From contig NW_026262668.1 in assembly GCF_021869535.1 (NCBI RefSeq), forward strand, positions 24,428,001 to 24,492,000: a DNA stretch of 64,000 nt, read 5' to 3'. Numbering within the stretch: the stretch's first letter is position 1; the number at the start of each line of letters is the position of its first letter. Positions 11,244-21,982 of this stretch are shown here, piece after piece. The DNA comes from Mytilus californianus (taxonomy: Eukaryota). Below the pieces are notes generated by a model. It saw nothing but the letters and a program-made list of their open reading frames with translations. It had not been told where the DNA came from and ran no database searches. A program made the position numbers and the translations under genes.

Positions 11244-11282
11244 GCGTCCGAAGCGCTTTTCTGGATTTACCTTCATCAGGAA
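11244..11282 (-). ncRNA. Minimal type I hammerhead ribozyme, intact core, truncated stem I
   Basis: UUC-CUGAUGA-AGGUAAAUCCA-GAAA-AGCGCUUC|GGACGC; only 3 bp of stem I remain. Confidence 0.8.
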
Positions 11283-11425
11283 GGTACACATCTTATATAC
11301 AGTTATTGCTTTTTCTTTTATAATTCTTTATTTTACCGATGAATGTAGTTTAATGATGTCAGTTACTGCGTACTGACGTTGTTTATCATCTTAATAACGT
11401 GTTAGAGTATTCTTTTATTTGTCCT

Positions 11426-11630
11426 TATTAATATTACTTTTACTGTTAAGTCTGTTTTTTTGTGATATCCATTTGATGTGACTCTGTACTTATGTTTCCC
11501 GTCACACTTTGAACGACACAATTTTTATATTTTATTAATATTACTTTTACTGTTAAGTCTGTTTTTTTGTGATATCCATTTGATGTGACTCTGTACTTAT
11601 GTATCCCGTCATACTTTGAACGACAAAATT
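11426..11630. repeat. 107-bp tandem duplication
   Basis: TATTAATATTACTTTTACTGTTAAG... occurs at 11426 and 11533. Confidence 0.85.
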
Positions 11631-11664
11631 ATGTTATATGTGATTTTACTTTTTACAGCTGTAC

Positions 11665-11930
11665 ACTATGTCAGGAGTCGGTAATTCAGTGGTTGTTGTC
11701 TGTCATATTTATTTGTCTTTTTTTCCCCTCATAAATCAGGTTGTTGGTTTTCTCGTTTAAATCGTTTTACATATTGTCAAGTCGGAGCATTTTAAAGCTA
11801 ACTATGAGATATATGTTTTGTTCATTGGTGATGCCGTAAAGGGACCTGTAATTGCTTCCATTCACGACATGTGGTCGCTGATTGATAGTTATCTCATTGT
11901 CAATCATACAACATCTCCTTATTTTTACCT
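11665..11930 (+). mobile_element. Short retroelement 3' part (subfamily D tail), uninterrupted state
   Basis: GTCAGGAG..GTAATTCAGTGG ... GTT(A/G)TCTCATTG.CAATCATAC tail. The paralogous copies are interrupted by a HINE. Confidence 0.65.
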
Positions 11931-12260
11931 GGCGTGATTTAAGTATCCATAATTGAAGCCGGTGTTGTGACCACTTGATATCTTCTTAGTAAACTTGTGT
12001 TGTTGCTATTGTCGTTTCCTTACTTTCTCGTGCAATAGTATTTAATTATAACCAATAGCCTCTCGAAATATATGAGTGTTTTATTTCTATTTAGAACTTT
12101 GACACTTTTAAATAGCAGGAGTCTATGGGTTTTTATCATTTATTTCTTATTTCATTTCTTTTTCTTCAGATGATTTCTGTTTTATTTTATTTCTTTCATT
12201 CAGGGTTGTAATAAGCAAAACGAAGATTAATAATATAGAATTTCTTTCGCCTTGACTGTG

Positions 12261-12268
12261 TATTTATA
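12261..12268 (+). promoter_or_regulatory. TATA-like TATTTATA upstream of C1qDC (also 21706-21713 and 33159-33168)
   Basis: Conserved in copies 2-4 about 90-130 nt upstream of ATG and deleted in copy 1. Function is inferred. Confidence 0.35.
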
Positions 12269-12373
12269 TTTCCTGCCAGTTGGTATGTGCACATAACCGA
12301 TTGTGGTAATTAATAAGCTTGAACATCAGTTTTTGTTTAATTCATTTCGTACTCATCATTTCAGTTTAACAAT

Positions 12374-12557
12374 ATGAAGACTATTCTAATTAGAGTTGTA
12401 TCAGTCTTGAAAATTGTATGTTCGCTCAAAACGTTAGATGGAAAACTACCAACACTAAACGGAAATGGAATACCATTAAATATTGATATAGATGTTTCTG
12501 AGTTTAACAGAACATTTGCCGACACTGTTAACAAAGGCATACCCGAAGAAATATCAG
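12374..12557 (+). CDS. C1qDC copy 2 exon 1 (signal peptide)
   Basis: MKTILIRVVSVLKIVCSLKTLDGKLP...; 184 nt; donor GT>AT. Confidence 0.75.
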
Positions 12558-13861
12558 ATAATTTAAGAATTGTGTATATTTATTTAGAGGATACTTAACA
12601 TAATTTTTTATAAATATATTTTTAAATCTCAAAATATTGACAGTAAGGGCCGGTTGAGAACTTAACAATACGACAATTCAATATTTCCATTATGAGCAAT
12701 CTATTTATATTTAGCAATGTATATATTTTTCAATTGATACGATTTTATAGAGCTTGTGTTTCCTATCATGATTTCCATGATAAAGGGTTTCTGCTTACAG
12801 GGAAGCTTTTTGTAAATTTAAAGTCACCTTTTATATATACGTCTGAAGGACACCGTCATGATTTAATCAGCCGTTGTTGAAAATGTACCTGTGTCACAAA
12901 TGGCCGTGGAGATATTCCATTTATCTTATTTTTTTTTATAGTGCACAGTCAAAATTTACTTGTATGCAGGCTATAACACATTATATGCTTTCATGATATC
13001 AATCATTATAGGTTTAGGTATAAACTTAACTTTTTGAAGTAGCAAAACGAGAAAAATTATTAGAAGATGATAATTCACAATTGTTAAAAGAGTTTATGGA
13101 CGCTTCTACATTTCAAATTACATTTTGATAAAGAATATGATTATGTTATTCATTAAAGTTACCATTTTCTGGTCCATGCAAAAATAAAATATGAATATCG
13201 ATGTTCATGAAGTTGTCTTTTCGGTAACGTATTAATTGGTAGTACATTACCACGGCGTAAAATAAGCAAAGACCAGACAAACAAAGAAGTTTCAAAATAT
13301 TTGAAATCTTAAAAATTATTTAGAAATTAAACAGCTGATAAAACCAAAAAGGCCAAAAGTATAGCCAAAGCCTGGGCGAGGAATCAATAGTTGCCATTAC
13401 ATCAACGGAAACAAAGTCAATATTGTGACGAACAAAACATTACAATTAACGTTGTTTATCAAAACCCAACACGACTTTATTTTTAAAATTTGAAGTATAA
13501 AATTCTAAAAAGGTGTTCGTCCTTAAAAAACAAATCCGAGAAAAGAAAGGATTTGATCATTTAAACATCCTCGCTTTTGCGTCCACCGCTGCTTGAATTT
13601 CTGTCTCGTCTTCCTAAATTTTCAGGGCAAAGGAAACCGATGCCCAAATTTGCATTTTAATGGAACAGAAAGGGTTTTTGTTTTGCATTTAGGAATTTTA
13701 AAGGGTTGCAAATTTCGAAACGTAAGTATTTCCCGTTAAGAAGTAATCCACGTATCCCACATCCCTTTAATACCCTTTCTTCAGTAATCTGTTGTGAACG
13801 AGCTCAATTAAATAGAGACTTTATAATCATCAGGTTATAGTTAGTTAGCAATGTTTTTCAG

Positions 13862-13960
13862 AGAAAGTTTCAACTTATTTGAAAAGTGATAGATTTAAAG
13901 AAGTCGTAAGCAATGAAACCAAAGAAGACATCAAAGCAATAGCACAGCAAGCCATTGATG
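13862..13960 (+). CDS. C1qDC copy 2 exon 2 (coiled coil)
   Basis: AG/GT, 99 nt, EKVSTYLKSDRFKEVVSNETKEDIKAIAQQAID. Confidence 0.8.
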
Positions 13961-14356
13961 GTAAGGTATCTTAAGCGATCGTAATCAATTGTAAACCAAA
14001 CTTTTTACACAAAAAACCACAAGATAACCTATTCCAAACTGCTTTTATTATGACTCGTGATTTAATTCACATGTGTTAAATTGTTGTTTAAAAAATGTAT
14101 TAGCGATGGAATTGGTATAAACAAAGCGGAGACATTATCAAATTCCTGACTGATCCAAAAAATGATTCAGCGTTTAAAATTTAAGCAATTTAAACTTAGT
14201 AAGTCATATCAAGCTCGAAACAAAAGTCAGGAAACATTTGCTTTATTTAATTTTAATTTTCAGTTCTACAGAGTAAACAAAGTCCCGTATGTGAGAATGA
14301 CAATAGGTGCTGAACTCCTATTTGTCTTTTTACGGGATTTTTCTTTCTTTTTAAAG

Positions 14357-14431
14357 ATATATTCAAGCCTTATGTTAACAGCGGCGAATTTAAGCAAGAT
14401 CTGAAGAGAATGTCGGATTATTTTACCAAAG
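14357..14431 (+). CDS. C1qDC copy 2 exon 3
   Basis: AG/GT, 75 nt, DIFKPYVNSGEFKQDLKRMSDYFTK. Confidence 0.8.
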
Positions 14432-14499
14432 GTAAACTTATGTAATGATTTCTGTTTTTTTTCTCTCTTATTAATTTAAAATATTACAAGTATTTATGT

Positions 14500-14760
14500 A
14501 ATAAAAATCGATCGCAGTGGCCGTATGCGATTAATGGATCATAATAACCATATTCATTTAATAGATTCCAACAGCCATATGCTATGAATGAATCACAATA
14601 ACCATATACAATGAACGGATCCCAATAAATAATTACAAAGAATGGATCACAATATCTATGTACAATGAATCATTTGATCACAATATCCATATGAAATGAA
14701 AGCAAAAAATCATATACAATAAATGGATCGCAATAAAAATATGCAAATGCAGCATTAAAT
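14500..14760. repeat. 27-bp minisatellite, short degenerate array
   Basis: ATGGATCACAATA units in intron 3 of copy 2. Confidence 0.75.
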
Positions 14761-14953
14761 GTAAAGGATATATGAGAAACATTATTTGTCTTATGATATA
14801 AGACAATTAAAACTTTACATATGGTAAATGTATATACATTTGTCTTTTGTTGAATACAATATCATTGACCCCTATGTGTATTGTGCATTAGTTAGGTCAC
14901 TGTTTTATTGGCGTATATTTAAAATTTTCTCTTATTATTATTTGTTTTTATAG

Positions 14954-15360
14954 CATCTGAAATACAACCAGCTTTTTTCGTCTCTCTTATAGCGGGCACT
15001 TATACACTTTCTGTCATTAAAGATGTGGTGAAGTTTGATGATGTCAGAGTAAACATAGGTGGTGGGTATGACAAGTCAACTGGTGTTTTCACTGCAGGAA
15101 GAAAAGGACTATATCAAATATCTTGTATGATTCTTGGAGGGGATGGACATGTTGTACGCTACATGCTAGCTAAAAACGGTGCAGACTATATTAAGGGATA
15201 TTCAACGAGAGGGGCGCATTCATCAAGCACTATAAACGCAGTTATTGCAATGCATAAAGGCGACCGTGTTTATATCAAACACCGAACCGTCTACACGTCA
15301 GAACAAATTTTAGATGAAAATCAGTCATCTTTTTCTGGTCATTACCTGCAAGATATATAA
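14954..15360 (+). CDS. C1qDC copy 2 exon 4, gC1q domain
   Basis: Acceptor tttttatag; open frame SEIQPAFFVSL...FSGHYLQDI*. Confidence 0.9.
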
Positions 15361-16350
15361 TTTCCGTCTTATTTTTTTAGCTTACTATGGCGGTACGGTT
15401 ATTTATCAATGGGCACATGGATTTGATCAAACCTTTAAAAATTAACGACGAAATGTAAGCATTTTTCTTAAATTGATGAAAGTAAAAGAATATTTCTTTA
15501 ATTGGTCAAAATGTTACTATATTTTATCACAAATAATAAATGTTGAGTGGACATTTTATTCCGCCTGTAAAATCTATTATAAAGTTGTATTTTGCATCAA
15601 GCTTTAACGACAATATTCTGAATTCATAAAGCTAACAAGTTTAGCGGTTGTCCTTCAATTTTTTTCATAGTAGCTAAATAGACTTATTGATGAAGGATAT
15701 GATTAATTCAATCAGTACGTCAGATATTTTTTGGGGGTAAACATCAATTCGCTAATTCATAGTGTGACGAAAAACCAAAACGTTTCATTCGTTTTTCTGC
15801 ATTTTAAATCTTTACAGTGCTGTGTATCGCACATCATCATATCTGCCTGTACAGTTAATTAATAACGTTGCTGTATGAAATCTTATATGAAGTGAAGCAA
15901 CTGATATAAGACTACTTTTATAGCGTTATGTCTCATTTAAGTTCAGTACTTTGAGCTTGCTCAGAAACTATAAACATACTTTGATACCATATATATTGTT
16001 AATTGTGCTATAATGTGTGTACTTACGTTTCTTTGCAATTATTTATGAGAGTTTTATATATTTTTTAGACCCCAAGTCAGGAACAATGCAGTAGTTATTT
16101 ATTTCATATCATACTGTTTTTGTTTTTATTTGGACAATTTTACGTTGACGGCTGATCGTTAATATTTCTTTTATTTAAATCACAATTTTCATAGACCAGG
16201 GAATATCAAGATCTTAACATATTGTATAGACATCTGCCTAATGTTGAAGACTGTTTGTTGCCGACTACATGTCCTTTTAATATTTATTTTTATTCGTCGG
16301 GTGCTGCCTCGTTGATGTATACCCCACTTCTCTTTTTATTCACTTTAGAT

Positions 16351-16535
16351 AATAAACTCATCATAGATACATGTACCAGGATTAAAATTTTGTATGTCAG
16401 ACGCGCGTGTCGTCTACAAAGACTCATCGGTGACGCTCGAATAAAAATGTTAAAAAACAACAAATAAGTACGAAGTGGATTCCCGTTGAGGACCCGAAAC
16501 GCGTTACCAAATACAGCTAAGGTAATTATATTCCT
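16351..16535 (-). mobile_element. Fragment of a second hammerhead (retrozyme-like) family, core degenerate
   Basis: Minus strand GCGUCA-CCGAUGA-GUC(UUUGUA)GAC-GACA-CGCGCGUC|UGACAU, with two core mutations. Absent from the flanks of copies 1 and 3. Confidence 0.7.
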
Positions 16536-16679
16536 GTACATGTTTATCATGTTGACTATAATAAATATTTATAGATCTATCCGTTGTATTTGTTATATTT
16601 TTCAATGTTTCTATGAACTTATTTTCCTGCTGCATAATTTAGGTAAAGGTTTTTTAGTTTAATAACATTTAAAATCTCA

Positions 16680-17460
16680 TTTAGATTACAACTACCAAAT
16701 GTTTCTTAGTCGACTTCAAACAAAGGTTTGGCTTTCCCCGCCTCCTACACAACTATCCCTCATTTTAAACTTGATGACAAACCGAACTTATTATCTTTTA
16801 TTTGGATTCGAAAAAAAAATATCTTGTATTAAGAAAGAACTTCGTTTAAAAAAATCCAAAACGCTCCGATTTTTACGAACAAAATCTGAAAATGATATTT
16901 TTAAATGTATTTTGTTTTATCGACAACATATTTTTGTGCGTCACGGCATTCTTATGGAAACGATATGTGTTCCTATTTTAACCGAATTGTTCCTTGAATC
17001 CTAAGAGACACACTCCATAAGGGGGAGGGGCTAAAAGTATCCTTTAACATTACATTTCTGCATAACGAGGATTTTTCTGTCACTGCATAGATCAAAGTTT
17101 GACGACTATTTTATTGGGTCGATACATCCAGTTAAACTTCACTTAAAGTATACCACAGATGAAGCTGTGTGTAAATCTGCTTCATACCTTCGCCATCTTG
17201 ACTTAGTTGATCGTACATGTTTCATGGTGACATTATATATATTCTGTTTGTTGTATAGCAACATCAAATCTGTTTTGTTTTTATGGTTTTCGATGGGTGC
17301 AACTGTGGTGCATTAATAGCAAACCATTCCGATGCACATGAATTAATCGGTGGTTTTGGTAGGGTTCCTGTTGCTTAATTGTTAGTCCAATGTATTTTAT
17401 TGAACGGCGCACTGTTTGTCTTTTTCTCCTGTTTCTTTTTGTATTTGCGATAAGTGTCTC
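16680..17460 (+). mobile_element. Decayed Penelope-like RT fossil
   Basis: GILMETICVPILTELFL ~ GIPMGTNCAPLLADLFL; LSLHRSKFDDY ~ LSLNNSKFGDY. Confidence 0.6.
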
Positions 17461-19171
17461 TCTTTTAATATGATTTTCCTTATAAATCTTCTTGATATAA
17501 TCTTATCTTTTTAAATAAGAAATTCAACGAATGCATCCAGGGAATTCGTTTCAATTTGAAATTGCAACACAATTTCAATATATAATTTTTATTATTTTAT
17601 TTGTTTTTACTTTTGCATTCAAGGTTTTGATGTCCTACATGGAAATTATAGTGTCTTCAAGTAAATTACCTTAAGGAAATTTTAAATTATGAATACAATT
17701 TTCTAGCTGTACTAGTTGGGTCATTTGACAATTGACGCTTTCGACTGTTCTGTTTTCATATATGGTCTTGTGAAATTGTCTTCCAAAACTTTAAGCGTAC
17801 CCTCTAACAACATGGATCTGGCATACTAAAATCAGTATCATACTTCATTATGCATTGACAAGGCATTAGCACTGAGGGCGCAAGATATTTAAACTGAATC
17901 ATATTCATGACCATGGTATCAATTTGGTTAAAAAAGTTAACATTTGGGATAATCTAATTTTCTACCTTTTATGTTTCTTCAAGACAAAAGTTATCTATAT
18001 CAGTACTAGTATTTGATATTAAATATATAATATATCACTTAAAAAATGAAAGATACAACCTGCATACAATATGGTCATTTGAAAAGCATGTTAGTTCCAA
18101 AAGAAAAGAACTTGAAGTATTAGACCATTCAATGGAAATGAGTTGAGATCAGGCAGTACTATACGTTTACAGTTTTAAAAAATCTTTTAGCTTTAAAATC
18201 AGGACATCAATCAATCTTTGAGAATAATTGACTGGATGTACTTTTATATCTTAACTTAGCTGTTTTATACCTACACGTTTTACGTACAAAGTTTAAAACA
18301 AACATTTTAGCGGTATTAAGACTCATATTGCTAAAAATCGCATTTCCTTCTCACCGTGATGAGCCGGGTCCAGTCACTGTCTGGCAAACGGAAGGGATGC
18401 ATAAACATGAAATGTTATCAATAGAATCTCATTTATTGCATATCGAATATTAATAAATAATTAAAATATAAATATGATACCTGTAAATTACATGTACATG
18501 TGAGGATTAGCCCAAATGTCGAAATGACAAGGTATTGTATTTGTGATAAGATTTGACAAGCATTAATAAACCTTAAGTTGTAATTAATTATTATAATAAT
18601 ATTTCGTACACCAAGAAATAACTTAATAACTTGATCCAAATCGTACAAAAATAAAACTGTTCTTCACAAATAATTATGCAGTTAACTATTTGTTTAACAG
18701 TGGATACTTCAAATACAAGTATTGCCATTGCCCTTAGAATTCTTTATTGTTTTATAGATGCATGTAGTTCATTGAAGTCAGTCACTCTAAGAGCCTGTAA
18801 TTCAGTGATTGATGTCTGTCACAATTGTTTGTCGTTTATTGTACCCCGCGCAACGCATAGAAATACCGGGCGTCCGTCCGTTCGTGTGTTCGTCAGTCTG
18901 CTGTCTGTCCGTCTGTATGTCCGTCCGTCCGTCTGTCTGTCTGTCCCTTCATCCGGTCTGGTTAAGACTCCCACGTGTACAATTCCTGAAAGATTTTAAT
19001 AAAACTTATATCATAGGTTTATATCGGCACTGTCTCAGACAAGTTCAAAAATCAGTGCCGATCAACAAAAAGAGGAATGCTCCTTGGAAATATTAATTAT
19101 ATGGAAAATTGCATTGTTAGCACTCTCATTTGTACAATTCTTGCCAGATTTTTATGAAACGTTTATCATAG

Positions 19172-20754
19172 CGAATACATATGTTCAAACTCTTTTAGGT
19201 CATTTTTTAGTAGCAACAAACAAAAAAGCTATGTCAATTGGACATGCTTTGATACTATATCTGCCCTTGAATTTTTACTTGATAACATTTTTGTTCGCTT
19301 TGGAGATTCCGTATATCGCCAAGTTATCCGAATTCCAATGGGGACTAACTGTGCACCACTTATTGCGGACCTGTTTTTGTATTGTTATGAGTTACAATTT
19401 ATGACTAAAATCAGCAAAGACCCATCGAAACAACATCTGATACAAAAATTTAACAATACTTTTAGATATTTGGATGATATATTGGCTCTCAATAATGACG
19501 ACTTCAGTATGTATACTTAAGAAATTTATCCTGTTGAACTTACTTTAAATAAAGCTAATACTAACAATGACCACTGTCCTTTCCTCGATCTTGATATCTA
19601 TATATTAACGGGAAGCCTAATACAAAAATTTATGATAAAAGAGATGATTTTTCATTTCCTATCGTTAATTATCCATTTTTAGATGGTGACGTTCCCTTGT
19701 CACCATCTTATGGTGTTTATATATCTCAACTTGTACGATTCGCTCGTGTATGTAACAACGTATTAGATTTTAGCGAGAGAAATTTATGTATTACTGAAAA
19801 ATTATTACACCAGGGTTTTCGATATCATAAACTAGTCAAAACATTTACTAAATTTTATCATCGGTATAAGGACATCATTCGTAAATATAACTCAACATGC
19901 AGACATCTTATACGTTCGGGTATTTCACATCCAATCTTTTATGGTAATATTCTTTACAAAGCACAAAAATGTCAGTATTCACCTCAAAAGCTAACAAAAC
20001 CTTTAAACAGACTTATTAAGAAGGGATATAGTTACGATACTGTTGTCAGGTCATTAAAGATTGCATATTTTGGCTTTAATATTGATTCACTTATAGGGTC
20101 TTTGCATCGGAATTAAATATATTTATTCTAAAACCTCTTGCTGGCATGACACGGGTTATGTTCTTCTCATATATTTTATGATGGTATAATACTAAACCCC
20201 TAACAGGAGGGATTGTGCCTGATATTCATATGATGAAGACATAATCTTTCAATCAGTTTAATTGAGGTCTGGATCTGGCATGTCAGTAACTGCTAGTAGT
20301 CTGTTGTTATTTATGTATTATTGTCATTTTGTTTATTTTCTTTTGTTTCCCATTCTGACATCGGACTCGGACTTCTCTTAAACTGAGTTTTACTGTGCGT
20401 ACTGTTGTACGTTTGTTTTTTCTACATTGGCTAGAGGTATATGGGAGGGTTGAGATCTCAAAAAACATGTTTAACCCCGCCGCATTTTTGCGCCTGTCCC
20501 AAGTCAGGAGCCTCTGGCCTTTGTTAGTCTTGTATCATTTTTTATTTTAGTTTCTTGTGTATAATTTGGAGTTTAGTATGACGTCCATTATCACTGAACT
20601 AGTATACATATTTGTTAAGGGGCCAGCTGAAGGACGCCTCCGGGTGCGGGAGTTTCTCGCTGCACTGAAGACCCATTGGTGGCCTTCGGCTGTTGTCTCT
20701 GCTCTATGGTCGGGTTGTCGTCTCTTTGACACATTCCCCATTTCCATTCTCAAT
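19172..20754 (+). mobile_element. Young 5'-truncated Penelope-like retroelement (RT C-terminal half + 3' UTR)
   Basis: RT motifs IPMGTNCAP, YLDD (19467-19478) and TKIYDKRDDF; one stop (19518-19520) and one frameshift (~19603). 10-bp TSD TTTATCATAG (19162-19171, 20755-20764). Empty site at ~32181. Confidence 0.9.
20429..20519 (+). ncRNA. Putative type-P5 twister ribozyme (subfamily B) in the RT element 3' region
   Basis: P5 GGCUAGAGGU/GCCUCUGGCC, GA-GGG, U|AA at 20472/20473, T2 GC/GU, P3 CGCA/UGCG, P4 CCUG/CAGG, L4 UCCCAAGU. P2 has only 2 Watson-Crick pairs in this copy. Confidence 0.75.
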
Positions 20755-21798
20755 TTTATCATAGGTTTGTATCAGCAATGTCTCGGACAAGTTCGAAAAT
20801 CAGTGCCGGTCAATTATTTTTAATAGAGTTATGCCCTTTGAAATAATAATATTATGGAAAATTGCATTGTAAGCGCTTTCACGGGTACAATTTTTGCCAG
20901 ATTTTTATCAAATTTTTATTAAAGGTTTAATCAGCAATTTCTTGGACAAGTTCAAAAATCAATACTGATGAAACATTTTTAAAAGAGTTATGACCCTTGG
21001 AAATATTAATTATATCTGAAATTGCATTGCATTTGCTCTGAAGCCTTCATTTCTCTAAAATATTTATTAAAAAATTAAAGAAATTTTTAGTTTTTGCTAA
21101 TGGGCAGTTAAAATATGTGCAACGCGGGAGACATTGGAACTCCGTTCTTTTATTTTATTTTTCATAAATCAGGTCTTTGGTTTTCACGTTTGAATCGTTT
21201 TACATTTTGTCAAGTCGGAGCCTGTTACAGCTAACTATACGGTATGGGTTTTGCTCATTGTTGAATGCCGTAAAGGAACCTGTAGTTGCTTACGTCCACG
21301 TCTTTTGGTCACGGATAGAAAGTTGTCTCATTGGCAATCATACCACATCTCATTATGTTTACATGGATTGATTTAAGACTTGTCATATGATTTTTCACTT
21401 TAATATCCATAATTGAAGGGGTGTCATGTCCTTCAGATTTCTTCTTAGTTAACTTTTGTTTTTGCTGTTTCATTGTTGTTTCCTTACTTTCTTATGGAGT
21501 TATATTTAATACCAATCAATGACCACTCGAGATTTATGAATTTTGACACTTTTAGATAGCAAGAGGTTATGGGTTTTTAATATTTCTACTTATTTCAATT
21601 CTTTTTTATTTCAGATTATTTATATTTAACTTATTTCGGTCATTCAGAATTGTAAAAAAACAACTTGCAGCATAATGACGTAATAGTCGTTTCGCCTTGA
21701 CTTCGTATTTATATTTCCTGACAATTGGTTATGTGCAAATATTTAGTTTTATTCATTTCGTACTTATCATATTGTTATATGCTTATCGGTTTAACAAT

Positions 21799-21982
21799 AT
21801 GAAGACTATTCTTATCGGAGTTGTTCTAGTCTTGAAAGTTGTATGGTCGCTGGAAACGTTAGATGGAAAACTACCAATTCTAAAAGGAAACGGAATACCA
21901 TTAAATATTGATATAGATGTTTCTGAGTTTAACAGAAGATTTGCCGACATTGTTAACAAAGGCATACCCGAAGAAATATCAG
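21799..21982 (+). CDS. C1qDC copy 3 exon 1 (signal peptide)
   Basis: MKTILIGVVLVLKVVWSLETLDG...; G|GTAATT donor. Confidence 0.88.

Larger units (their letters stand above)
10858..11282 (-). mobile_element. Non-LTR retrozyme: 354-nt monomer between two type I hammerhead motifs
   Basis: ~70-bp direct repeat containing the hammerhead at both ends. Cleavage-site-to-cleavage-site distance is 10896-11249. The empty site is seen in the paralogous spacers (~18705, ~31765). Confidence 0.85.
12374..15360 (+). pseudogene. C1qDC copy 2, exon-1 splice donor destroyed
   Basis: Exons 12374-12557, 13862-13960, 14357-14431 and 14954-15360 are all open, but the donor reads G|ATAATT (12558) versus GTAATT in the other copies. 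Confidence 0.65.
18835..21150. mobile_element. Helentron-type non-autonomous element (HINE) with a GTCC/GTCT microsatellite and ~155-161-bp tandem array, interrupted by an RT element
   Basis: SubTIR-like TGTACCCCGCG / CGCGGGAGACA, microsatellite at 18868-18945, three internal repeat units; uninterrupted paralog at 31905-32585. Confidence 0.7.

Noticed and set aside
12374-15360. Copy 2 as a mosaic (5' exons like copies 3/4, head like copy 1)
   Set aside because: Both patterns fit the same unrooted tree ((1,2),(3,4)), so there is no real conflict and no evidence of conversion.
20620-20690. CTGAAG(G)A motifs and a GGCCA/TGGCC stem in the RT element tail as a hammerhead
   Set aside because: No GAAA or NUH arrangement consistent with a hammerhead core.
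21787-21789. CAG>CGG change 10 nt before the ATG in copies 3 and 4 as a splice-acceptor lesion
   Set aside because: A 5' UTR intron is not established; the conserved TATA-like box suggests the leader may be unspliced, so this cannot be called disabling.
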